From: Octopus bimaculoides
Taxonomy: Eukaryota
Reading direction: 5' to 3'
Assembly (NCBI RefSeq): GCF_001194135.2
Contig: NC_068983.1
Span: 18,216,005 to 18,265,730 of the forward strand
Length of the DNA: 49,726 nucleotides
Below, piece by piece: positions 37,691 through 49,726 of the stretch. The position numbers and the translations under genes were made by a program. The notes below the pieces were generated by a model. That model did no database searches, was not told where the DNA came from, and was given only the letters and a program-made list of their open reading frames with translations. The first letter of the stretch is position 1; each line of letters starts with the position of its first letter.

Positions 37691-38529
37691 GATTTTCTGA
37701 AAAACTTGGGAAAACTTTCAGTGCCTCTCGGAAATCTCTGTTTGGGGCTATTTCTACGTACACAGAAGTGTTAAAATCCCGAAACATCCGATATGTTCTC
37801 AGGGCGACGAGTTCCCATGCACACGTTCACTCAACGGTTTTACAAATCAGAAGACTAAAGAGGATTTTTCTCTACTTAATTCCTCTGCAAACATCTCAAT
37901 TAAAGCTCAAATGAGAATATGTGGTGATAGTTCGATAGTTCGATGTGGCAAAAGTACATAAGACTGGGCAGAAGCACTTACTCTTAGATCTCAGTGTAAT
38001 GCACATTTGGCGTATTACATGAGTACTTTCTAATGATAACTATATTGAAACTGTTTCATTGCAAGTATTTCATTTTATTACAATTTGATTTTGTTGTTCG
38101 TATCTGTGTTTTTACAATCGATTGAATAACCACACCATTTTGTAATTCCTATTTGTAATGCAAACACCAAAATACCTAATTATCACGACGGTACAATAAT
38201 ATAGATTTTACTTGTCCGAAAATATATTGCTTCTGTTTAAGTTAGAAACCATTTTTAAATTCTCCTTAATCTTTTTCCGATTTACTTCGTCGATTGTAGC
38301 TTTTCAGTGATATTTTTTCAACATATAAACTACTTTATTTTGTTTTGCTTGGTAGCAGTTACGTTTCTGAGCAACGTTTAGATAACAGAAAAGGCGTATT
38401 TATAAATAGTCTCATTGATCAACAAAAAATTAGTCGCACCCGAATAGATACTCTGTTCGATTCCGCCGAAGATTAATCAACTGCATGGCTTAATCTTTGA
38501 AATAACTTGTAAACTGGTTGAATTACTTT

Positions 38530-38770
38530 TGAGGCACGAAGTGAAACTGTGAACTTTGAATAATGTTTGGAAAAGTATATGGCCATACTGTATCCGTGAC
38601 ATTACAAGTTTACCTCAAGAGCAAAACCTACATCTGATTCGGAAAGATATGGATGTAGGATTTGAAGAAGTCAGAGAGGATGATGTCACCGAGTTCTAGT
38701 GTTTCAGAGAGTAAGTTTATCTAACGCGGAGCAGATATTGTGAGAAAAAGAACAAGCAGAGAAGACAGAT
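38530..38770 (+). mobile_element. pogo/Tigger-like transposase C-terminal remnant
   Basis: Reads RHEVKL*TLNNVWKSIWPYCIRDITSL...GFEEVREDDVTEF*, resembling Tigger-type AW.EVK..TL...WKKL.P....DF.GF...GF..V...DV.EL. Confidence 0.5.
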
Positions 38771-39339
38771 GAGAGAAATAAAGATCCACCTACACTACTT
38801 AAGTTGACTAGAAAAACTATTGTTAAAGGAATGACACGTATATAGGATGGCCTGCAGGTTTTTGCTAATACTGATCCTAATCATGAACGTAATATGAAAA
38901 TTACAAGAGGATGTAACAATGAGCTCAGTTCCTATACTAAAGCGTCTTTGGATGATTTACTTAGACCCTAATCTGATGGTCATGATAATGAGCTATAAGA
39001 TAGATATTATCTCTCATCCACCTAGTTACGCTCATTCCACCACCAACACTGAAACTATATTCAATATCTACTGTAGCAAGAACGTACTCGTACAATGTTT
39101 TGATTTTTATTAATTACCTACGTTTTTGTGCTTTCATGTATATATATATTGTACCGTGTATACATAGAAATAGATAACTTCATGTATGTAGGTTATCACG
39201 TTAGTTCTCTTTTGTTTTCTTGTGCTACTTCTGTTCGAAAAAGTCCATAGGAATTCAATCTCACTTGACATCATGAGAATCAATACGAAAATCAATTTCA
39301 CATTACTAAATTTCGCGTTACTACCATATTTCGCGCATG

Positions 39340-40167
39340 TGCGTTGTTTTTGATTTTGTCGACTACACAGTAGAGTGTCAGTTGGGCACGGTCAGTGAGA
39401 AAAACAGCACCATGATGCAATTCATTCAGCCACAAATTTGGAAATGTTATTCTGTACTACTTGGCATTCGCGCCGGTAGCTCCTATACGAATATTTCAGA
39501 GTGTTTGGATGTCAATTTGAGGACAGTTCAATCTGAGGACATGTACCGAAAGTCATAAAAATCAGACATCCAGTCAACATCATGGTCTTTGGAGTTGTCA
39601 CTGGTGATGGCGACATTATGCCTCCATTCATCTTCCCACACGGCCTCAGACTCAACACCGAAGCCTACATCAAGTGCCTAGAGGATGCAGTGCTTCCCTG
39701 GGTCTAGAAGGAGGCTACTGGAAGACCCTATAACTGGCAACAGGATTCTGCAGCATGCTAAAGAAACATAGAGCGCAATCATGGCTGTCAAATAATCCCT
39801 GCGACCACATCACCCCTAACATCTGTCCACATATCTCCGCACACTGCAATCCCCTTGATTATTATGTGTGGGGTGCAGTTTAGCGAGAGACCGGCAAAAT
39901 TTCTCGTAACACCAAATATGAACTGAAGGCAAAAATTATGGCAGCACTTACCAACTTAAACAAGGAGACCGTCTAGAAGAGTTGTAGTAGGTTCAGAAGT
40001 CATCTGGAGGCCATGGTTGAAGCAAATGGCGATTGTATTGGATAAATTTACTCTTTATCATTTCAAGATATTCTATGTAGTTTTGGTAAATATATTTGTT
40101 AAAATGAGATGTCAGTGTTATTTTCATTTTTGCGTAATTTTGACAACAGTTTATTCACCGCACCCTG
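39340..40167 (+). mobile_element. DD37D (maT-like) internally deleted element with 3' TIR
   Basis: The N-terminus MMQFIQPQIWK...LLGIRAGSS..NISECLDVNLRTVQ jumps to VPKVIKIRHPVNIMVFGVVTGDGDIMPPFIFPHGLRLNTEAYIKCLEDAVLPWV*...RPYNWQQDSA and CNPLDYYVWGAV. It ends ...TTATTCACCGCACCCTG followed by TA (40168-40169). The 5' TIR was not found. Confidence 0.85.
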
Positions 40168-40254
40168 TATATACATATATACACACATACATATATGCAT
40201 AAGTACAAACATATACACACACACGCGCACATATATATATCGTCTACTAAAACT

Positions 40255-40345
40255 ACTCACAAGGATTTGGTCGGCCCAAGGTGCCATGCAGTGAGTCTGA
40301 ACCTGGAGCCATGTGGTTGGGAAGCAAGCTTCTTACCACATATCC
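40255..40345 (-). mobile_element. SINE head fragment (different family, CORE-like)
   Basis: Minus strand TGTGGTAAGAAGCTTGCTTCCCAACCACATGGCTCCAGGTTCAGACTCACTGCATGGCACCTTGGGC: tRNA-like A/B boxes leading into CCTTGGGC. Confidence 0.7.
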
Positions 40346-41924
40346 ATGCGTGCGCATACAACACACACACGTGTGTGTATGCGTGTGTTTATGCATATAC
40401 ACACGCATACATAGCCATAGATTCATGCATACACACCGCTCCCACAAATATATATCATATACCTGATACATACAAACACATATACGTATTTATGCATGTA
40501 TAATGTTGTCATCCCAACATCCAGCGCTGTCAGTCATCGCCTAATATTTCTACGATTATATCATAATGCGATATTATGTATCGTATTAATATACATTTTA
40601 TAAAGTATTCAGACAAATCCATAGAAATGTTAGGTGATGACTGACAGCATTGGATACTGATGAGACGTCAATAACTATATTATGAAGAAGTTTATTTTGT
40701 ATACCCTGCATTTCAATATGAAACGAACAGAGAGAAAATGGTATATTAACCGTCGATGTTTGAAAGTGAAGTAACGATCTGTTCGATGGTAACATATCTT
40801 CACAGTTTTCCTATTGATAAGTAGTGCGTGTTGTAATATATATGCAGTTTCTCGTGAAAGCAAACTCGAAAATCTTGTGCTTCATGTGGATAAAGTGTTA
40901 TCCTGACAACGATAGTTTTTTTTTTTGTCTCTTCTTATGTAGCCGAAGTTGGTTAATGGGATGCAGATTTTTCGATCCCTTTAAAATAATTACTTGTCAG
41001 ACATCAGATAGTTCTCTATTGGCCGTATTCCAACTATCAATACATAGAACATATAAAACTATATACATAGATACACATAAAATATTCATTTCTAACAACA
41101 GTAGGAAAACCTAGAACAAAACAAAATCATTATAATATAGATGACCTAACTACTTTCATAAAGACAAATGAAAATTTGGCCGGTCCCTGCACACGTCCAC
41201 TATACAACTCGTAAGGATACCACCGTAAGTGTAACTCTCCTTCTAGATTTAAATGCTTACTTGTCAGCCATTTCACGATACGTAGACATATATATATAAT
41301 ATGCACGATACGTAGTGCACGATACGTAGACATGTATAATATTAACGGGACTGAAAGACAATATCCATTCGTTCCGTGGAACGCTGTTGATTCACATGGC
41401 TTGATATCATAGAGTCTCATCCATGCATAGCAAAATTCCTCCTTCTGAAGGCTATGAATTTTCGGTATTAATTGATTAGAATCATTGACCACGATATCAG
41501 ACTGATCTTGAACACTACGGAATTACTCCCATGATAAAATGAAGAAACTTTATTTTCCAACTACACAAAGAGTGCTACAACGTGTATGGTATCGCTGAAT
41601 TTTTGTGGGATTCTTGTAATAGCAACACGCCCAAACGATCGGTCTTTCTTAGAGATGAATGGCCTATCAATTTACAAAAAATATGAGTGAGCAGCGCAAG
41701 GAAAAATTTTAATAGATATTTTCCCCTAAAATGTCCTTTCTAAATGTGTCACCGCCATCTCCGGATTTACAAGATTTTAGATACTACCCTAGACCTCGTG
41801 AGGACCAAGTATTGCTAATGAGGAATCGACATGCAATATTTAGAAGCCCAACTATCTCAACTTAATTATAGTTTAATAAACTTCATGTAATGCACGCCAC
41901 GCCATATTGTTAATAATCGCTCTC

Positions 41925-43182
41925 TCTCTCTCTGTCTCATCGGCTGTCCACCGTAGTATGGCGTTGAATGTTCTGTTAGGAAATTGTCTGCAGCAGGTTC
42001 GAATGTGGGCTCTAAGGCCTGCTCTTGGTCTGCAGCAGATGACATTTGCTGCAAGAGAAGTGCCTTGATGGAACGGAAAAGTCACTTTTTTTCATGTGCC
42101 CTTTTGTATTTTCTCTGCTGTTTCTTCACAATGGCTGAAATTGCGAGCTTCAGCGATCGGTGTCATTCATTCTAGGTGTCTGGGGAAGTGTCCAAATTTA
42201 TCATAAGTTTTTTCAGTACATCCCTGTATCGAAACGTCTGGTCTCCAAGGCTCCACCTGCTCCGGCGCAATTCAGCGAAAAAGGCGCCTATGGGAACCTT
42301 CTGCCCTCCATCCTGCATTTGTGATGAGGTAATAGGAGCCTCCCTAACAACTGCATCAGCGCGGTGCAGATCCTCTACATCATGAGTGGTAGGCAAGATG
42401 GAGTGCAGATGTCGAAGCTGGGCTCGCGTGAGTGACTGAATATGCCTGTGGTGGAGGGTTGTGCATTCTGTGCGGTAAAAGAAGCAAAGGAGCACTGCAG
42501 TACTGTACACCATTATTCATGTTGCGGGTGATGTCATGACAGCTGCAAAGGCGTTTCTCGAGAGAGTAGAAAGTCTTTGTGGGACACAGAATACGCCTTG
42601 AAATCTAACAGTCAGAAGGGTCATTACAAGTTACGACGATGCCGAGATAATAAAAGGCCTATGTGTAATTCATGGTCTTTCCGTGTACAGTTACTGGTTC
42701 GGCTTATCTCGATTTATTAGGATATCTTATTGCGGACTGGTAGAACAAGTCAATCATCGAAATGTTGATCGTGATATTCAACATGTCTGCAGCAGAAGAA
42801 AACGATTCCACAATGTGCTGCACGTCCTCGATCCTGCTGGATGCGAGAGTTGAGTTGTCGGCGTAGTGTAGCTCCCTAACACACATTTCCTTGATATTGT
42901 TGGAGACACGTAGGTAGGTTAAGTTAATGAGGCTTCTGGCTATTCTGGCGCTGATGAAAATTCCTTTGTGCAGATTAACCCGCATGGTGTCAAGCATAGT
43001 TGCATGGTAAAGAGAAAAGAGTGTGGAGGCAAGCATACAGCCCTGCTTCACATCGTGATTGATTCCAAAAGCTTCACTAAATGCTCCGCTCACTGAAGCT
43101 CACGCTTTCATTCCTGTGTGAAACCCCTTGATGATGTTAACAAACTTTTCTGGGCACCCAACATTTTGAGCACGTCTGACAA
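41925..43182 (-). mobile_element. RTE-clade (BovB-like) LINE, 5'-truncated, degenerate
   Basis: Reads GCPEKFVNIIKGFHTGMK; FGINHDVKQGCMLASTLFSLY; VRELHYADN; FFAELRRSRWSLGDQTFRYRDVLKK...PDT; C-terminal ICCRPRAGLRAHIRTC; ends next to a (GA)n tail on the minus strand. Confidence 0.9.
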
Positions 43183-43642
43183 ATAAACATTTAGGTCTAT
43201 ATTTGTATATCTATGTATACAATCATGTCAATGTGTGCATGTGTATACGCACGTGTGTGTAGGGAATATGTTCTTATAAATGCAGATATTCGCAGAAATT
43301 CCCTATTCATTCCCACTGTCTGTATGACAAAACTATTTACGCAGAGAGCAGAACTACTACCGTACATATAACGGAACAAAAAGTGCGATATTTTCTATGT
43401 GTTTTTACCCAGGAGCATATTTCTACTTTGCTGCTAGATGTATTTGTATTTAATGCAGCCACTACTCTATGGAAAGTAAGTATTTGTAGAAATACCGTGA
43501 GATTCTACTAAGAAGATACAAATACTGGTTGTCAATGATGTATGTCTATATAGTAAAGATGAATTATATTCCGCAGGAGAAAAATATTTTATTCTCGCAT
43601 CGATTCATAAACATACATACATATATATGGATCTCTCTCTCC

Positions 43643-43718
<76 letters not shown>

Positions 43719-43745
43719 ACATACATACATACATACATACATACA
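43643..43745. repeat. (CTAT)n(ATAC)n tetranucleotide array
   Basis: Direct reading. Confidence 0.97.
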
Positions 43746-43948
43746 CGGGTATGTGTGTGTGCGTGTGAGTGCGTGTGTGTGTGTATGTGCATGTGTGTGT
43801 GGATATTCATAGAGAAAAGGTGACACTAGAGATGATGGGGTCTTGAAACATCGCGTGTAAGTATGGAATATTTTACAGCAAATATCTATATCAACTCTGA
43901 TGGAAATATAAATGTAACTTAGAAATGAAAATTTAGTTCGTGCGGTTT

Positions 43949-43995
<47 letters not shown>

Positions 43996-44231
43996 AAAAC
44001 CTATTTGTCAAGTAAGTATGGAATGCCAGAAAGATACAGTTTAACACGCACTTACACACGTGATAATAAACATACACACAGCCATACATATATAGAATGT
44101 AGATAAATATATATATGTACAAATGTATATATATATATGTAGATGTATATATATATATGTATATATATATATGCGTCCATTTGTGGGTCTATATATATAT
44201 ATGTATGTATGTATGTATGAATGTATGTATG

Positions 44232-44276
<45 letters not shown>

Positions 44277-44366
44277 CTGTGTTTGTGCGTGTGAATGAAT
44301 ATATGCGTATAATAGGTACTTGAGATTGTACGTATGAGATTGTGCGTAAAATGTGAACGAATATAC

Positions 44367-44408
<42 letters not shown>

Positions 44409-44947
44409 AAACACACACACACACACACACACACANNNNNNNNNNNNNNNNNNNNNNNNNNNNNNNNNNNNNNNNNNNNNNNNNNNNNNNNNNNNNNNNN
44501 NNNNNNNNNNNNNNNNNNNNNNNNNNNNNNNNNNNNNNNNNNNNNNNNNNNNNNNNNNNNNNNNNNNNNNNNNNNNNNNNNNNNNNNNNNNNNNNNNNNN
44601 NNNNNNNNNNNNNNNNNNNNNNNNNNNNNNNNNNNNNNNNNNNNNNNNNNNNNNNNNNNNNNNNNNNNNNNNNNNNNNNNNNNNNNNNNNNNNNNNNNNN
44701 NNNNNNNNNNNNNNNNNNNNNNNNNNNNNNNNNNNNNNNNNNNNNNNNNNNNNNNNNNNNNNNNNNNNNNNNNNNNNNNNNNNNNNNNNNNNNNNNNNNN
44801 NNNNNNNNNNNNNNNNNNNNNNNNNNNNNNNNNNNNNNNNNNNNNNNNNNNNNNNNNNNNNNNNNNNNNNNNNNNNNNNNNNNNNNNNNNNNNNNNNNNN
44901 NNNNNNNNNNNNNNNNNNNNNNNNNNNNNNNNNNNNNNNNNNNNNNN

Positions 44948-44990
<43 letters not shown>

Positions 44991-46249
44991 CACACACGCA
45001 CACACACACACACACAAACACACACCCACACACACACACACATATAAGCGTATACACGCATACACACACGCACACACACACGCACACACATATATACATT
45101 TCTGCAAACGTTTATGTATGCGCGTATTTGTAGTAGAGTAAATATCTTAAAGGTTACAGTTTTTAAACATGAAATAGTATTTAATAGCTTCTAGAGAGAG
45201 TTATAAGCATGAAACAATGAAGCTACTATCCTAGGAATTCTCATATCTCATTAATGTTAACAGTGCCCTACACAGTAGAAGAATTATATTCTAACAATGG
45301 TGCGTTTCATCAATAAAATAGACGAAACGGATGTTTTATTATGCATCTATATATTAAGGTAGACATAGCTTGCAATTGTCAGCGCCGAAAGAATGGATAT
45401 TTTGGTTATAAATACATTTTAAGTTTTGGGAACACTAGAATATCAAATAATTCTTACATATGTATACACGTCTCTCTCATTCTCTCTCTCTCATTCTCTC
45501 TCTCTCTCATTCTCTCTCTCTCATTCTCTCTCTCTCTCACTCACTCTCCCTCTCCCTCCCTCTCTCTCTCTCGGTCTGACTTTCATGTACACACGCTCAG
45601 GCGCATATGGAATAAGGCACCGCCAGTAATTTAATTCACGACCTGACGGCCACTAAGCCACGCGCCTTCACACTTACATGTATACATACATATATACATG
45701 CACACACAAGTACACACACACAAGTATAGGGTATATAAAGTAACCCCCAATTCAAGTATAAATTCAAGGTAAAAAGATTCTAAAAAATAATAATGATAAA
45801 TAAAATTTCTTTATTCCATTGTAACTTGAATTCTCAAAAGAGGAGATGTAGTGACGAGAGTACGACATCCTCTCACTAGAATAAAAGGGGCTACTACATA
45901 CAAATGGGAGATGTCTGACATAGTCAGCAGTTCGTAGTTTGATTTTCGACGTCCAGGTACAATTTACAGTTCGAGTTATTGTTGAAAATATTAATTATTG
46001 GTTCGTTGTCTGTTTTTTACTGCTCCTGTTTCTATTTTGTATTGTTATAACAATGTTACAAATGTATTCTTTATCCATGGTCGATAATATCAACCGTACT
46101 AAGATGTTGGAGGTATAAGGATATAACAATTTACAATATCTAAATTGTGCTACCAATACTACCAACACAACCACTCATACATATTAAACTATACTGCCAC
46201 CACTTCCCAACTCTGGCTCACTTTTTTATTTTTACTTCCCAACCCACTT

Positions 46250-46735
46250 TCTATCACGTATTTTTTCTCTAGAGAGAAGAAGAGGTTGGGGTAGTGATAG
46301 CGAGACACACAGACACATGTACAACCACAGAGAGAGATAGAGAGCTAGATAGAGAGAGTGTGTGGAGATGGTGAGAGAAAGACATAGATAGGGACATATA
46401 GACAGTGAGAAAACAGAGATCTCGAGTCTCACTCGTTTTTTTCTCTGTAATCCTTTTAAATTATGTTAGGCAATATTTTCTATCTAACTCACGTATTACT
46501 CACGTATTTTTTCACTAGAAAAGAAAAAAAGAGGTAGAGGTACTGAGAAAGAGACACACATTTACAACCAGAGAGAGAGAAAGTGAGAAAGAGAGTGAGG
46601 AAGATAGTGAGAAACATGGAGATATAGAGAGGGAGATATAGACAGAGAGAAAGCGACTTCCAAGAAATAAATGTAATATATATACTTAGAGAAAGTTGGA
46701 AGCGGATTGAGTGATAGGTAGAGTATTTTTTCACT
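46250..46735. repeat. Degenerate tandem duplication of a GA-rich unit (about 220-250 bp period)
   Basis: (CAC)GTATTTTTTC.CT starts recur at about 46255, 46501 and 46723. The first two units share AGAGACACAC...ACAT.TACAACCA.AGAGAGAG...ATATAGACAG.GAGAAA. Confidence 0.7.
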
Positions 46736-46884
46736 CTGTAAAAAGGATTGCGGCAAAATAGATAGTACATGCATTGTTAGAAATAAGAGCCAATGCAACA
46801 CCAATTCGGCCACCCCATTCCATCTTCGGAAAATAACTGCACAGTTTTCTGCGGAATGGACAAATTAATTTAAATGACACCAAA

Positions 46885-47065
46885 AACCATCATCGCTTGA
46901 AAACCGATGTTGGTGTGTTTACGTCCCCGTAACCTTGCGGTTAGGCATAGGAAACCGATAAAATAAGTACTATGCATACAAAAAATAAGTCCATGGGTCG
47001 ATTCGCTCGACTAAAGGTGGTGCTCCAGCATAGCTGCAGTCAAGTAACTGAAATAAGTAAAAGAA
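46885..47065 (+). mobile_element. SINE-like dispersed repeat (3' part)
   Basis: Homologous to the reverse complement of 5940-6160; ends TAAAAGAATA before a (TA/CA) microsatellite. Confidence 0.75.
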
Positions 47066-47415
47066 TATACATACATATATATACATACATATACATATAC
47101 ATATGTATATATATATANNNNNNNNNNNNNNNNNNNNNNNNNNNNNNNNNNNNNNNNNNNNNNNNNNNNNNNNNNNNNNNNNNNNNNNNNNNNNNNNNNN
47201 NNNNNNNNNNNNNNNNNNNNNNNNNNNNNNNNNNNNNNNNNNNNNNNNNNNNNNNNNNNNNNNNNNNNNNNNNNNNNNNNNNNNNNNNNNNNNNNNNNNN
47301 NNAATGGAAATGGAATTAAACATTATTTTTATGCATTTGTGTACGTTTAAACTAATTAAATATTATTTTACAGAGTAATAGAATTAAAATTTCTTTGGTT
47401 AAAACCCTTTCTAAC

Positions 47416-48417
47416 ATGGAAGTATCCAAAGAGTATTTAAGGCACATAATGCTTTATGAGTACAAAAAAGGAAACTCTGCAGCCAAAGCGACTCGAAACA
47501 TACACTCAGTTTATGGGAAAGAATGCTTGAATGAAAGAACTTGCAGAAGATGATTTGCAAAATTCGGAAGTGCAGATTTCAGCCCTGAAGATGAAGATCG
47601 AATAAGACGTCCAGTTGAGTTTGATGATAAGCTCCTTGAGGCATTACTTGAAGAAAATCCTGCATTATCAGTTGATGAATTGCCAATAAAGCTTAGTTCA
47701 AACCATACAACTGTTCATCGTCATCTTCAACAACTTGGAAAGGTTCCTAAACTCGGAAAATGGGTGCCTCATGAATTATCCGAAGGCAACCGCAAATCTC
47801 GAGTTGATATCTGCTCTTCTCTCCATTCTCGCGAACTCCTTTCACCCTTTTTGGATAGACTTGTGACTTTTGACGAAAAATGGATCTTCTATCGAAATGT
47901 TAAACGTCGTAAACAGTGGCTTGGTAAAAGGGAAAAAGCTCAACCACAACCGAGAAGGGAACATCATGGAAAAAAGTTTTTTCTCTCTATCTGGTGGGAT
48001 TACAAAGATGCAATTCTCTTTGAACTGTTACCACTTAATGCAACAATCAATGCTCAAATCTAGCGTTTGAACCAAACTTTGAAGAAAAAAAGACCCGCTT
48101 TAGTGAGTCGAAAACGAGTAATGTTTTTATCAGGACATTGCGCAAAGATCACATCACAGAAGATCGAATAGTTTGGTTGGGAAAAAATTCCTCATCCACC
48201 TTATTCTCCTGGCCTTGCTCCTTCAGACTACCATTTGTTTCATAGTCTAGAGAATCATTTGAGGGACATAACTTCCGCAAGCCAGGAGGAGGTCGAAACT
48301 GACATTTCAGAGTTCTTCGCTTTGAAACCAAAAGAGTTTTACATTGATGGGATTAAAAATCTTGTAAATAGATGGAAGGAAGTCGTAGATAATCAGGAAA
48401 AGTACATTGATGATTAA
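47416..48417 (+). pseudogene. mariner (DD34D) transposase pseudogene, near full length
   Basis: Single frame from MEVSKEYLRHIMLYEY to KYIDD*, with WVPHEL, TFDEKW and HPPYSPGLAPSDYHLF. In-frame stops at 47551, 48061 and 48169; the second catalytic Asp region is disrupted by compensating indels. Confidence 0.95.
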
Positions 48418-48466
48418 ATTTCAATTAAATGTAACATTTGATTACTTGTTTTCTTTATCCAAAATT

Positions 48467-48492
48467 CGGACAGAACATATGGGATGACCTGA
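48467..48492 (+). mobile_element. mariner 3' terminal inverted repeat
   Basis: CGGACAGAACATATGGGATGACCTGA followed by TA-rich sequence; reverse complement TA-TCAGGTCATCCC resembles mariner ends. The 5' TIR would lie in the N-gap 47118-47302 and cannot be confirmed. Confidence 0.6.
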
Positions 48493-49677
48493 TATATATA
48501 CNNNNNNNNNNNNNNNNNNNNNNNNNNNNNNNNNNNNNNNNNNNNNNNNNNNNNNNTACCTATATGTATATACACATAAACAAATATATGTAGAAATTTA
48601 TAGATATACAAATTGAAGTGAAAAACAGGTAGAAAGGAGTAAAATGCAGGGATAGAGAGAGGGGGGGGGTTGTGGGCGGTTTAAGGAGATAAGAAGAGAA
48701 GTAGAGGGAAAGCAAGAAGAAATACAAAGTAGAGAGGTGGAGGGAGATCACTTTTTTTTGGCAAGTGAATAGAAGTAGTAGTAGGAGGAGGTGGTAAGAT
48801 AGGTTTGTAGAGGGGAAAGTAGCATCACGTCACTGGTGGTCGGGTATGTTGCTAAGTGGAGGAAGGTTGCTAGCTATAGAGACAGACATGGAAAGGCAAC
48901 GAAAGAGGGTTGGGTAGCGGCGGAAGACGATGCGTTTAGGTATGGAAAATACAAGGCGAAATGAGAGTGAGAGAGAGGGAGGAAAGAGAGGGGAGGGAGA
49001 GAGAGGCCTTTTTAATCCACAAAGAAAGAATAATTACCAATCAATGCGGTGTTGAGCACTCATTCTCACTAGAATCGTCGTGCTTGTATCAAAAAGAAAA
49101 AATCCTTATCTTGATTGATATTCATAAAACCTAATTTCTCTAATACGTATACAAGAATTCATATCTACTTTATTTTTGAGACATTCATTCATTAAAATTT
49201 ATTTGAAAACTGTAAATTCGGTTAAGTGATATATCCTGATCACCATTCTCTTTTATAAAGATTATTATTCAAAGTAGTATATTAATTCGAATGCAATAGC
49301 CATATCCAAGACTAATACGTAAATTATTTCCCTCCCACTGAATGGAAAATACTCAATGGTAGGATATAAACTGATTTACTATTTGTACTTGGTATTTAAA
49401 ATAATAGATCAGTCGATCAATTGCTACTGATTACTCTCTAGATTCAAAGCCCTGGATATTAGTCTGCGATAGATGTGGCTGGTACATACTAATATCATTA
49501 ATGTCTAACTTCTATCGTAATTGTATAAATATAATTAATGTATATTGTATTCATTACTCTCTTAATGATTCCATGTTGACACCGATTACCACACACTCAC
49601 ACTCACACTCACACATATTCCACAGACATATTCATATAAAATACATATACATACATATATATATATATATATATACA

Positions 49678-49726
<49 letters not shown>

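Larger units (their letters stand above)
588..48555. other. Nine assembly gaps (N-runs)
   Basis: 588-1313, 5448-5563, 10247-11141, 17850-18508, 22286-22454, 30951-31202, 44436-44947, 47118-47302, 48502-48555. All but the 10247 gap abut a simple repeat on at least one side. Confidence 0.99.

Noticed and set aside
41130-41492. ORF with AFHGT resembling an ADP-ribosyltransferase H-G-T motif
   Set aside because: Only a short motif; the ORF runs through a local tandem repeat and TA run, and no further fold motifs are present.
466-45141. Long ORFs with IYIY, HTHT, CVCV and X runs
   Set aside because: They are translations of dinucleotide microsatellites and N-gaps.
26275-47553. Recurrent TGA at conserved Trp positions (PLE RT copies, PLE nuclease, mariner) as possible UGA recoding or selenocysteine use
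   Set aside because: TGG>TGA is a common single-transition route to a stop in dead elements. The stops are not at Cys positions, the same copies carry TAA/TAG stops and frameshifts, and no SECIS was recognised.

Overview
AT-rich, microsatellite-saturated eukaryotic scaffold segment with nine N-gaps, most of them abutting dinucleotide or trinucleotide repeats. The repeat repertoire suggests a cephalopod, probably Octopus; this is an inference from recalled repeat families, not a database result. No intact host gene, RNA gene or CRISPR array is supported, and most ORF-track entries are artefacts of microsatellites and N-runs. Manual translation shows a graveyard of mobile elements: five Penelope-like (PLE) fragments (two RT, three GIY-YIG), two R4/Dong-type non-LTR fragments, an RTE LINE, a CR1-type LINE 3' end, a near-full-length mariner, two DD37D/maT-like remnants, a Helitron Pif1 helicase fragment, a pogo/Tigger-like remnant and about nine tRNA-derived SINE copies. 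The best leads are: (1) a composite Penelope locus at 26.3-29.5 kb, where an inverted RT pair brackets a stop-free GIY-YIG domain of another PLE type; (2) decayed hammerhead-ribozyme-like motifs just downstream of two GIY-YIG ORFs; (3) a 120-nt candidate exon flanked by an inverted SINE pair. I cannot demonstrate a new biological system from this sequence alone.
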